DNA of 20,000 nt from the IMG/VR virus record IMGVR_UViG_3300028561_000554; one strand, written 5' to 3'. The DNA comes from an uncultured virus (IMG/VR IMGVR_UViG_3300028561_000554) (taxonomy: Duplodnaviria > Heunggongvirae > Uroviricota > Caudoviricetes). The notes beneath the pieces are model-generated. The model saw only the letters and a list, made by a program, of their open reading frames with translations. It was not told where the DNA came from and did no database searches. This document shows positions 1 to 8,459 of the stretch, piece by piece. The position numbers were made by a program, and so were the translations under genes. Numbering within the stretch: the stretch's first letter is position 1; the number at the start of each line of letters is the position of its first letter.

Positions 1-1209
1 ATAAACGGCATTGTTGAGGGAATAAAATCTAAAATTCAGGCTGTTGCCGATGCTGTAACGGGTGTTGCGGATAAAATCAAAAGTTTCCTGCATTTCTCTG
101 TGCCTGATGAAGGACCTTTGACCGATTTTGAATCTTGGATGCCGGACTTTATGCAGGGACTTGCTGACGGTATTTCGGCAAATGCAGGAATGGTAAGCGA
201 TGCTCTCGGCACGTTCGGAACGAATATTACAACGGCTCTGACTGAAACTTTCCAGACAGCAATGTCCAATATCGTAACGACTGTGCAGACGTTTATGGAA
301 AACACGCTGACGGAAGTTACAACTGTCTGGAATAACATCAAAACGAATATGGACACTGTTCTCGCAGGTATCGGAAATGCCGTAAAATCGGGATGGGATT
401 CAATCAAGAATGTGATTTCTACAGCGATAAACGGCATTAAAAATGTTATTTCAACTGTGTGGAATGGAATCAAAACTTTCATTTCTGACGGTCAGTCAAA
501 TATGAAAAACACGATTACTTCCACTTGGAGCAGCATTTCTGACGGCGTGAAAAATACTGTAAATTCGGTAAAATCTGCCGTTTTCTCCGCTTGGAACGCC
601 ATGCCCGATGCGGTTCATGGAGCTATGAACAACGTCCGTGATACCGTTTTCAATATCTGGGATAATGTGAGAAGCGGCGTGTGGGATAGGCTCGGCGGCA
701 TTCGTGACGCTGTTTCTGATGGGCTTAATTCCGCTGCGGAATGTATCAGGAACATCGTAAATTCCTCGTGGCAGTGGGGTTATGACCTTATGCAGAATCT
801 TATCAACGGTATCCGATATATGATTGGAGATCTTATCAATACGGTTGCTGATGTGGCAAATTCAATCTGGGAATATCTGCATTTTTCCGTTCCCGAAAAA
901 GGTCCTCTGACGGATTTTGAAAGCTGGATGCCGGACTTCATCGGCGGTCTTGCTGATGGTATCAACAAAAGCAAAAAGCTGATTTCTAAGGCTGTAGAGG
1001 GCGTTGCTGATGCAATGCAGATGACTTTGGATTCCAACATCGGACTGAACCTTGACGGAATTTCTTCACCCATGAAATACGAAAATCCTGCCGGAACGGT
1101 TATCAATAATTATGACAACAGCCGGACAGTAAATCAGACGAATAATTCGCCGAAATCGCTGTCACGGCTGGAGATCTATCGGCAGACACGGAATGCGTTG
1201 ATAACGTAG
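1..1209 (+). CDS. Phage tail tape measure protein, C-terminal part (5'-partial)
   Basis: Frame 1 is open from base 1 (INGIVEGIKSKIQAVADAVTGVADKIKSFLHFSVPDEG...) to TAG at 1207-1209. It has 11-residue amphipathic repeats with Trp about every 22 aa (VWNNIK, GWDSIK, VWNGIK, TWSSIS, AWNAMP, IWDNVR), ends in QTNNSPKSLSRLEIYRQTRN, and lies upstream of the distal tail gene. Confidence 0.88.
   Translation: MNGIVEGIKSKIQAVADAVTGVADKIKSFLHFSVPDEGPLTDFESWMPDFMQGLADGISANAGMVSDALGTFGTNITTALTETFQTAMSNIVTTVQTFMENTLTEVTTVWNNIKTNMDTVLAGIGNAVKSGWDSIKNVISTAINGIKNVISTVWNGIKTFISDGQSNMKNTITSTWSSISDGVKNTVNSVKSAVFSAWNAMPDAVHGAMNNVRDTVFNIWDNVRSGVWDRLGGIRDAVSDGLNSAAECIRNIVNSSWQWGYDLMQNLINGIRYMIGDLINTVADVANSIWEYLHFSVPEKGPLTDFESWMPDFIGGLADGINKSKKLISKAVEGVADAMQMTLDSNIGLNLDGISSPMKYENPAGTVINNYDNSRTVNQTNNSPKSLSRLEIYRQTRNALIT
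88..963 (+). repeat. Imperfect 87-nt intragenic direct repeat in the tape measure gene (88-174 and 877-963)
   Basis: The copies encode LHFSVPDEGPLTDFESWMPDFMQGLADGI and LHFSVPEKGPLTDFESWMPDFIGGLADGI; most DNA differences are synonymous. Confidence 0.92.
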
Positions 1210-1210
1210 A

Positions 1211-1233
1211 AAGAAGCGATTTTTGTCGCTCCT
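1211..1233. terminator. Hairpin between the convergent tape measure and GNAT genes; probable terminator for the GNAT transcript
   Basis: aagaagcga / tcgctcctt arms (one mismatch) around a short loop, between two convergent stop codons. Confidence 0.45.
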
Positions 1234-1261
1234 TCGGCTCTGTAAATTAGAAGTCGTGAAA

Positions 1262-1699
1262 CTATTCAAGCCATTGAATAAACGCTGTTTTATCTGTACT
1301 GTTATATCCCGCGCGGCTATAAAATTTAAATGTCGTTTCTTCCTTTGAACCAGTAAGTAACATCATTTTATAACAATTTGCTTTTTTTGCTATTTCTTTA
1401 GCATAATTAAGGCACTCTGTTGCATATCCATTTCCACGATATTTTTCATGTGTAACAACATTTTCAACAAATGCATATGGTCTGACATTTCTTGTTAAGT
1501 TTGGAATAATCACACATACGCAAGAAGAAACAATTATACCATCTATCATATTAACGATAATATGATGATTTTCATCTTGGATAATAGTACTCCATGTTCT
1601 TTTTAAATGCTCTGTCATTTCTGGAATAGACTTTTCATGTAAATATAAGTATAATTGTAATAATCCATTTAATTCATTTTCAGCAATTTCTCTAACCAT
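1262..1699 (-). CDS. GNAT-family N-acetyltransferase (phage moron)
   Basis: IIPNLTRNVRPYAFVENVVTHEKYRGNGYA contains the acetyl-CoA-binding motif A, followed by CYKMMLLT and FYSRAGY. Start moved to the ATG at 1699 (MVREIAENE), which has a GGGAG RBS. AT-rich relative to the flanks. Confidence 0.9.
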   Translation of the reverse strand: MVREIAENELNGLLQLYLYLHEKSIPEMTEHLKRTWSTIIQDENHHIIVNMIDGIIVSSCVCVIIPNLTRNVRPYAFVENVVTHEKYRGNGYATECLNYAKEIAKKANCYKMMLLTGSKEETTFKFYSRAGYNSTDKTAFIQWLE

Positions 1700-1734
1700 A
1701 CGGCATCTCCCTATATTTCGATTTATACAGTTAC

Positions 1735-1763
1735 AGTATACCACATTTCCCCGAAAAAGTCAA
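1735..1763 (-). promoter_or_regulatory. Sigma70/SigA-type promoter for the GNAT gene
   Basis: Minus strand reads TTGACT (1763-1758), 17-nt spacer, TATACT (1740-1735), with an extended -10 TG motif (TGgTATACT). Confidence 0.75.
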
Positions 1764-1787
1764 TCTGCTGAAAGGAGATTTTATCCC

Positions 1788-2639
1788 ATGCACTTCACCC
1801 TAATTCTTGCAAACGAAACTGGCGACCAACTCAATCTGACCACCACTTCCAACAGGTATATGACCTCCGAAATTGACGGTTTGTATCCGCCTGCCGGAAC
1901 GATAAGCACATCGACTTATGCAGGCATGAACGGCTCATATCTCAACAACGCTTTCATTGAAAAACGTAGCCTTGTGATTACTTTTCAGATGCGTGGGGTT
2001 GGCATTGAAAAGCGGCGGCACGAGCTGTACAAAGTGATCAAGCCGTCACGATATATCAAGATTTACTATCAAACAGCGAATATTGATGTGTACACCGAGG
2101 GCTATGTAGAAACCTGCGAAGTGCAGAATTTCGAGCAGTTCACAAGCGGACAGATCAGTATTATCTGTCCTGATATTTACTGGTACTCGACAGAAACACA
2201 AATTGCCGAATACTCGCAGATTTTCGGAGCTTTTCATTTCATTTTTCCCGATGATGACAAACCCTTTCCGCTTGGAAAATACAACACGCAGAATATGATG
2301 ACGATTCAGAATGACGGTGATGAAACGGGCTTCACACTTGAGATTAGCGGAGGACCTGCAAAAAATCCGACTCTGTACAACGCCGAAACAGATGAATATG
2401 TGCAAATTCTCGGCGATATTGAGGAGGGTGATATCATAAGAATCACCACAAAAACAGGCAATAAAACGGTCACTCTGGAGCGTGAGGGCGTGCAGGAGAA
2501 TATCATCAATCGTCTTGTGTCAGGTTCAACATGGCTTACCTTACGTGAGGGTGAAAATAAATTTTATCTCCGTGCGGCAAATGGACTGCGAAATTTAAAA
2601 GTCCGATTGATTCACCGCAACGCATATTTAGGAGTGTGA
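1788..2639 (+). CDS. Phage distal tail protein (Dit, Siphovirus tail component)
   Basis: 283 aa with an AAAGGAG RBS. Position after the tape measure gene and motifs ICPDIYWY, IQNDGDETGF and WLTLREGENKF fit the Dit family. Confidence 0.82.
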   Translation: MHFTLILANETGDQLNLTTTSNRYMTSEIDGLYPPAGTISTSTYAGMNGSYLNNAFIEKRSLVITFQMRGVGIEKRRHELYKVIKPSRYIKIYYQTANIDVYTEGYVETCEVQNFEQFTSGQISIICPDIYWYSTETQIAEYSQIFGAFHFIFPDDDKPFPLGKYNTQNMMTIQNDGDETGFTLEISGGPAKNPTLYNAETDEYVQILGDIEEGDIIRITTKTGNKTVTLEREGVQENIINRLVSGSTWLTLREGENKFYLRAANGLRNLKVRLIHRNAYLGV

Positions 2640-2642
2640 AAA

Positions 2643-3755
2643 ATGCAGATTGAAATTTACAAAATGACAGCGAATGAAAATACTCTGGCGATAACGCTTG
2701 AAGCAATCTGCGACAGTTTTTCAAGTCTTTTGTGGGATGTGGAATATTACTCCTGCGGCGTATTTGAAGTATATATCGCCGCAAATCCACGAAACATTGA
2801 GATTTTCCAGACTGGAAGAATTGTCGGCAGAGATGATGACAAGGAGCATTTCGGACTGATAGAATCCGTTAAAATCGAAACAGACGCAGAAAACGGCGAC
2901 TACTTGATTGTGGGTGGTCGCTTTTTGATGTGCCTTTTGGAACGCAGAATAATTTATCCGACTTTGAGTTTTACAACCGAAAAGACATATGCGGAAATTG
3001 TGCATACCGCCGTTATAAATAACGCCATAAACGCTGAAAACAGGACGATTCCGGGACTTGCTCTTGGTAATGTTTCCGGCAGTTGTTGGGAACAGAAAAC
3101 CAAATTACAGGTCAGCTACGATAATCTGATGCGGTGGATTTACACCATTTGTGAGAAAATCAACGGTACGGCAAATATTCGTCTTTCCAAAATAAACGGC
3201 GAACAATATGAAATGCTCCTTGACCTTTCCGAAGGTGCTGACAGAAGCATTTTGCAGGAAGAAAATCCGCACATTATCTTTTCAGATGGATACACAAATC
3301 TGCTGTCGTTCACATATTCCTCTGACATTTCAGTACAGCGGAATTTTGCCTATGTTCTGGGGAAGGGCGAAGGTGAAGAACGAAGGAGAACAACATACTT
3401 TGACGGTGACGAGCCTTCATTTTTAGAGCGTTACGAGGTATATGTAGATGCTAAAGATATGGCGGACGAGCAACAGGAAAATGGCGAATCTAAGCCGATT
3501 TCAGAAAATGAATACATTGAACTGCTGAAAGAACGTGGAAAGGAAAATATTGTTCAACCGCTGACAGCATCGGAATCGCAGATCGCAGTGCAGTCCACGC
3601 AGTTTCGGTATAACACAGATTATTTTGTCGGCGATTATGTGACCGTGGAGCATCAGCGATTTGGCTTGATACAGCCGAAAATACAGCTGATTGGCATGAT
3701 CGAGAGCTTCGACCAAAATGGTCGCTCACTTACACCAACATTCAGGGAGGTATGA
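2643..3755 (+). CDS. Siphovirus Gp37-like tail/baseplate hub protein (ReqiPepy6 Gp37-like family)
   Basis: 370 aa directly after Dit. Motifs FSSLLWDVEYYSCGVFEVY, LLERRIIYP, NFAYVLGKGEGEERR, RYEVYVDAKD and DYFVGDYVTV. Confidence 0.8.
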   Translation: MQIEIYKMTANENTLAITLEAICDSFSSLLWDVEYYSCGVFEVYIAANPRNIEIFQTGRIVGRDDDKEHFGLIESVKIETDAENGDYLIVGGRFLMCLLERRIIYPTLSFTTEKTYAEIVHTAVINNAINAENRTIPGLALGNVSGSCWEQKTKLQVSYDNLMRWIYTICEKINGTANIRLSKINGEQYEMLLDLSEGADRSILQEENPHIIFSDGYTNLLSFTYSSDISVQRNFAYVLGKGEGEERRRTTYFDGDEPSFLERYEVYVDAKDMADEQQENGESKPISENEYIELLKERGKENIVQPLTASESQIAVQSTQFRYNTDYFVGDYVTVEHQRFGLIQPKIQLIGMIESFDQNGRSLTPTFREV

Positions 3756-3759
3756 TTTT

Positions 3760-5115
3760 ATGGCATTTTCATTTGGATTTTTCAATTCTAAAGGATTGGA
3801 CAGAACCTACACAGCGGAGAATTTCTGTGATTATCTTGGCAGCATTATTTGCAATGGCATTCAGGATAATTACGGCGACTGCTTCAAATTGACGGCTGCG
3901 GCAACTGGTCTGAAAGTTACTGTTGGACGTGGAAAAGCGTGGATAAATGGGCATTACTTCATCAATGACGCTCGCTACAGCATTGATTTGTCAGGATATC
4001 AGGATGAATCGCTGCCAAGGTATGTGGGGATTGCAATTTACCTTGACACAACGGAATCCGTCCGAAATGTATCGCTGAAACTGTTTCCGGGAACGCCTGC
4101 GGAGAATCCTGCTTTGCCTACAATTCCGCAGGACGATGACCATGTGCGACTTCTGATGTATGCGGTGCGGCTTAATGTCGGGGCAACTTCTCTGACAGAG
4201 CGTGACTGGTACGATTACCGTGAGGATTCCAACGTTTGCGGCTATTGCAGGTGTATTTTAGGCAAGTGCAAAGTGTCCGAAATTATGGACGCTTACGATA
4301 AAAACAACCGACTTCTGGAATCGTTGCAGGAGCAAATCGGTGAACTTTCGGAGCGTATAAGCAGTATCACGGGTGAAATTTCAGACATTGGTCAGATAGG
4401 AGAAAACGCCTATTATACGCAGTATTCTGATGGTACGCTTAGTATCAGCGGAAATGGCGCAACAAATGATTACACAGGATTTGCGATTCAGCTTGGATAT
4501 TCTGACGAGCCTGATTCGCCGTTTTATGAGAATGACAGCATTCAAAAGGTTAAACTTTCAAGCGGAATAACGGCTCTTGGAAACTGGCTGTTTGCGGCTT
4601 GCTTTAACCTTGAAAATATCGTATTGCCGAGGAATCTGGAACGCATCGGCGATCTGACCTTCAACCGTACAGCGATAAAAACCATTGAATTTCCTGCATC
4701 ACTCACAACAATTGGTGTGGGAGCGTTTACAGCTTCCAAGCTTGAAAATGTGTATATACCTGCAACGGTAAAAAATTTCGGCAGATATGCATTTTTTCAT
4801 TGCGAGTCACTGACCAGCGTCAATATTCAGTGCGAAAAAACAGGATCTATTGCGTTTTCCGGCTGCATTTCGCTGACGAATGTCACGATTGGAATTGGCT
4901 GTAAATATATTGCGGATTCGTGCTTTGTTTACTGCGATAGTCTGCGGAAAATTACGTATGAGGGTACGCTTGCACAGTGGGCGGAGGTCAGAAAAGGAAA
5001 TCTCTGGGACGGTCACGGCGGCGTTCAGGAATCGGTGCTTGAAAGGATCCGGTGTACCGACGGTTTTATGGAATATGATGCAGAAAACAAAGTATGGAAC
5101 GAGGTGAAGAACTGA
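3760..5115 (+). CDS. Phage tail/baseplate protein with C-terminal BspA-type (LRR_5) leucine-rich repeats; putative receptor-binding protein
   Basis: Start at ATG 3760 (MAFSFGFFNS) after GGGAGG. N-terminal phage structural domain (GLKVTVGRGKAWINGHYF), a coiled coil, then about 23-aa repeats (ITALGNWLFAACFNLENIVLPRN, LERIGDLTF, LTTIGVGAF, VKNFGRYAFFHCESLTSVNI) and a cap ITYEGTLAQW...IRCTDG. Confidence 0.8.
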   Translation: MAFSFGFFNSKGLDRTYTAENFCDYLGSIICNGIQDNYGDCFKLTAAATGLKVTVGRGKAWINGHYFINDARYSIDLSGYQDESLPRYVGIAIYLDTTESVRNVSLKLFPGTPAENPALPTIPQDDDHVRLLMYAVRLNVGATSLTERDWYDYREDSNVCGYCRCILGKCKVSEIMDAYDKNNRLLESLQEQIGELSERISSITGEISDIGQIGENAYYTQYSDGTLSISGNGATNDYTGFAIQLGYSDEPDSPFYENDSIQKVKLSSGITALGNWLFAACFNLENIVLPRNLERIGDLTFNRTAIKTIEFPASLTTIGVGAFTASKLENVYIPATVKNFGRYAFFHCESLTSVNIQCEKTGSIAFSGCISLTNVTIGIGCKYIADSCFVYCDSLRKITYEGTLAQWAEVRKGNLWDGHGGVQESVLERIRCTDGFMEYDAENKVWNEVKN

Positions 5116-6728
5116 TGTGGAAATTCCTTGTAAAACAGCAGAAAATTGAGGTTCTGGAACGTGAAGTGATAGCCGACCACCAGATCGCATTTGTCAACCT
5201 GAAATTTACCTTTGACGGCGACTGGAAGAAGTTTCACAAGGTGGTGCAGTTTTCGCAGTGTGATGAAGTTTACAGCATTGTTCTGGGATTTGACGGAACT
5301 TCTTGTAAACTGCCGTCTGAGCTTCATGCAGGCGCGGTGAAGATGTCTATTTTCGGATATGATGCGGAATCGGATACCACAGTGAGAGCAACGACTGTTC
5401 CGATTACCTTGAATATTCGTGAATCAGGATTTGTGGGCGATGATGATACGCCGATTCCGCCAACGCCCGATTTGTACAAACAGCTTTTACAGAAAATTGC
5501 GGAGATTCAGTCAGGTGCCAATGGAAAAGATGGGCTTTCGGCTTATGAAATTGCAAAAGAAAATGGATTTGTGGGAACGGTTTCAGATTGGCTTGAAAGT
5601 CTGAAAGGTGCGGACGGTTTGCCGGGTAAGGATGGTGCTGATGGACGTGACGGTAGGGACGGTAAAGACGGGGCAGACGGGCAAAATGGTGCTGACGGTG
5701 AAAATGGTCTATCCGCATATGAGTTGGCTGTACAGAATGGCTATACGGGAACGGTAGAGGAATGGCTACAATCCATTACTCCCGATTTATCACCGTATAT
5801 CACAAGGGTTGAGGTTCTCAAAATCGTTGATGACAAGGTTCATTCTTCCGCACCCGACCTCTCGCCATACGTCACCAGAGTGGAGACTCAAAAGCTTGTC
5901 GAATCGAAATTTCAGACGGTGGAATCAGATTTGATCGCTTTAGAAAATACTGTAAGTACTGAAATTCAGGCGGTCAAGGATTCGGTCGAGCCTGTTGTGT
6001 CTCAGGCACACTGGCATCATAATCTCACATTACTGAACAGCTTAACGTCTGCAAAAATTGCAAAATGGGATAAAATTTCGGATATTGAAACTGAATTGCA
6101 ACAATTGCGTGATTCTACGCAGTACGATCAACAAAATCAGAATGATTCTATTTTGATTCTTGAAAATAGGATTGCTGTCTTGGAATCGCAGATTGCAAGC
6201 GCAAACAATGGATATACCGTGCTTTTCGAGAATGGTACGGATGCCATTCGTGTGTACGGCTATTATATCGGACTTGTTCTCAACGGCGGCTTTTTCACAA
6301 TGGAGCATTTTGCGGAACAGTATACACATTTCAGTTGTCCTGACAACCATTATGCGATGTACTACGGACAGGAGGACTTCAACTGGGATGCACAGATACT
6401 GACTTGCGTTGAAAAGCGACTTAAATTGGATGAAAACAGCAAGATCCAGTTCCGCTATACTTCCGGTGCAACAGAGGACGGCGAACTATATCTTATTACA
6501 CCGCCCGGCGGAAAAATCGATGTTCCTATCACTCTGTATGCAAGGAGTGAGATCGATAATGGGCGTGCAATTCAGCTTGACTTCCAGTGGCTGCAAACGG
6601 AAAAGTTTATCACAACGGAGACAGACTGCACAGGTATCACAGCCGGCGAATATTACCTTGCATGGGTTGGCAGGAGCAACAACACACATCCAACGATTCA
6701 GAGCGTGAAAGTAAAGGAGAGTGTCTGA
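5115..6728 (+). CDS. Collagen-like repeat phage tail fibre/baseplate protein
   Basis: Start at 5115 by TGATG overlap (MWKFLVKQQ). Contains the PPTPDLYKQLL linker, 11 G-X-Y triplets, a duplicated GLSAYE(I/L)A..NG(F/Y).GT...WL motif, a coiled coil and a distinct C-terminal domain. Confidence 0.8.
   Translation: MWKFLVKQQKIEVLEREVIADHQIAFVNLKFTFDGDWKKFHKVVQFSQCDEVYSIVLGFDGTSCKLPSELHAGAVKMSIFGYDAESDTTVRATTVPITLNIRESGFVGDDDTPIPPTPDLYKQLLQKIAEIQSGANGKDGLSAYEIAKENGFVGTVSDWLESLKGADGLPGKDGADGRDGRDGKDGADGQNGADGENGLSAYELAVQNGYTGTVEEWLQSITPDLSPYITRVEVLKIVDDKVHSSAPDLSPYVTRVETQKLVESKFQTVESDLIALENTVSTEIQAVKDSVEPVVSQAHWHHNLTLLNSLTSAKIAKWDKISDIETELQQLRDSTQYDQQNQNDSILILENRIAVLESQIASANNGYTVLFENGTDAIRVYGYYIGLVLNGGFFTMEHFAEQYTHFSCPDNHYAMYYGQEDFNWDAQILTCVEKRLKLDENSKIQFRYTSGATEDGELYLITPPGGKIDVPITLYARSEIDNGRAIQLDFQWLQTEKFITTETDCTGITAGEYYLAWVGRSNNTHPTIQSVKVKESV
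5607..5708 (+). repeat. Collagen-like (Gly-X-Y)11 repeat
   Basis: GAD GLP GKD GAD GRD GRD GKD GAD GQN GAD GEN G, read directly from the sequence. Confidence 0.9.
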
Positions 6729-7192
6729 TGAAAGAAAATATTTGTACTATTTTAGGCTTGGCAGGCGGCTTTATTGCCGCACTGCTTGGAGGGTGGGATT
6801 CCGCATTGGCAACACTTATCATTTTTATGGCGATTGATTTTGTAACAGGTCTTATCGCCGCGGCAATGGGAAAATCCAAGCACAGCAAGTCCGGCAAACT
6901 TAGTTCAAAAGCCGGTTGGGTGGGACTTGCAAAGAAGTTCTGCATTCTGCTCATGGTTGTGGTTGCTGTCAGAATGGACATTCTGATCGGCACGACATAT
7001 ATCCGTGATGCGACCTGTATCGGCTTTTGCGTCAATGAGCTGCTGTCAATTATCGAAAATACAAGTTTAATGGGCTTACCCTATCCGGATTCAATTAAAA
7101 AAGCAATTGAAGTTTTGCAGAAAAAAGCAGGCAGACTTGATGACGAAATTCAGGAAATGATCGATGAATTGGAGGAGGACAAAAATGATTAA
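6728..7192 (+). CDS. Phage holin (toxin secretion/phage lysis holin family)
   Basis: Start at 6728 by TGATG overlap with an AAAGGAG RBS. Motifs LLGGWD, FMAIDFVTG, SSKAGWVGLAKK and NELLSIIEN, hydrophobic helices, and position just before the endolysin. Confidence 0.92.
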   Translation: MKENICTILGLAGGFIAALLGGWDSALATLIIFMAIDFVTGLIAAAMGKSKHSKSGKLSSKAGWVGLAKKFCILLMVVVAVRMDILIGTTYIRDATCIGFCVNELLSIIENTSLMGLPYPDSIKKAIEVLQKKAGRLDDEIQEMIDELEEDKND

Positions 7193-8390
7193 AACCTACA
7201 AATACAGCGACAATACACAGCTTTCACCGCATTTCAATGCAAGAGAATTCAAATGCAAATGCGGTAAGGAGCATAATTTTCAGGTAAGTACCGAGCTCGT
7301 GGACAAGCTGGAAAAACTCTATGAAAAACTGGACTGCTCAAAAATTATTGTAACATCAGGATTCCGCTGTGCAGAGCATGATAAGAATGTCGGTGGAACT
7401 GGAACAGGACAGCATACCAAAGGTACTGCTGCTGATATTTGCTGTTATGGTCAGGACGGGCAGCCGATTTCCAGTAAGACTGTTTGCTGTACGGCACAGG
7501 ATATCGATTTCATGGGCATTGCAAACATCGACAGCAAGTATATTTACACCCATGTGGACGTGCGTACTGCTTCAAAATGGTACGGCGATGAAACAAAGGG
7601 AAATAACTCTGTGACAAGCGATTTTCACAGCTATTTCGGTATTCAGAAAGGCAATGAAAACTCTATGAAAGGCATTGATGTCAGCGTTCACAACGGCAGC
7701 ATTGATTGGCAGAAAGTGAAATCTTCTGGCATTGATTTTGCAATTCTTCGTGCAGGCTACGGCAGGGAAATTTCCCAGAAAGACACACGTTTCGAGGAGA
7801 ATTACAAGAATGCAAAATCGGCAGGAATCCCGATCGGAGCATACTGGTACAGCTATGCAATGTCAGAAGATGAAGCAAGACTGGAAGCGGATGTTTTCCT
7901 GTCTGTTATCAAGGGTAAGCAGTTTGAATTTCCGGTTTATTTCGATGTGGAGGAGAAAAAACAGTTTGATCTCGGCAAGGAAAAGGTTTCTGCTATTATG
8001 CGTGCTTTTCTTGAACGTATTGAATCCGCAGGCTATTTTGTCGGGCTTTACGGCTCTGCATCTTCCCTCACAACGCATACCGCTGATGATATCAAAAACC
8101 GCTACACGATCTGGCTTGCACACTGGATTGAGAAAACAAACTACAGCGATTCGTATGCTCTGTGGCAGTATTCGGATAAAGGCACTGTTTCAGGAATCAA
8201 CGGCAATGTTGACCTTGATATTTGTACCACTGATTTTCCGTCGATTATCAAGGCAAATAGGCTGAACGGTTTCGGAAAATTCCACACTCCTGAACCCGAA
8301 AAAATTCCCACGCCTGAACCTGATAACAAGGTGAATGTCACTGTTCAGATCGGCGGCGATAACTACAAAGGGACGCTTGAAAAGGTGTGA
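7185..8390 (+). CDS. Endolysin: N-terminal peptidase M15 domain plus GH25 muramidase domain
   Basis: GGAGGAGG RBS and ATG at 7185. M15 motifs HFNAREFKCKCG, VTSGFRC, QHTKGTAADI and YTHVDVR. GH25 motifs KGIDVSVHNG, FAILRAGYG, PVYFDVEE, WQYSDKG and GNVDLD. Confidence 0.9.
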   Translation: MIKTYKYSDNTQLSPHFNAREFKCKCGKEHNFQVSTELVDKLEKLYEKLDCSKIIVTSGFRCAEHDKNVGGTGTGQHTKGTAADICCYGQDGQPISSKTVCCTAQDIDFMGIANIDSKYIYTHVDVRTASKWYGDETKGNNSVTSDFHSYFGIQKGNENSMKGIDVSVHNGSIDWQKVKSSGIDFAILRAGYGREISQKDTRFEENYKNAKSAGIPIGAYWYSYAMSEDEARLEADVFLSVIKGKQFEFPVYFDVEEKKQFDLGKEKVSAIMRAFLERIESAGYFVGLYGSASSLTTHTADDIKNRYTIWLAHWIEKTNYSDSYALWQYSDKGTVSGINGNVDLDICTTDFPSIIKANRLNGFGKFHTPEPEKIPTPEPDNKVNVTVQIGGDNYKGTLEKV

Positions 8391-8397
8391 TTTTATG

Positions 8398-8430
8398 GGC
8401 AGGAGTGTAAAATCTCCTGCCTTCCCTTTT
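8398..8430 (+). terminator. Intrinsic terminator after the lysis module
   Basis: Perfect 8-bp stem ggcaggag (8398-8405) / ctcctgcc (8414-8421), followed by ttcccttttg. Confidence 0.7.
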
Positions 8431-8459
8431 GTATGTATAGCAATAGAGGGAGGTATGCT

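Noticed and set aside
1262..1699. GNAT toxin of a type II toxin-antitoxin pair
   Set aside because: No adjacent RHH-type antitoxin ORF; the gene is monocistronic with its own promoter.
3760..6728. Diversity-generating retroelement acting on the tail adhesins
   Set aside because: No reverse transcriptase in the window, and I found no template/variable repeat pair differing at adenines.
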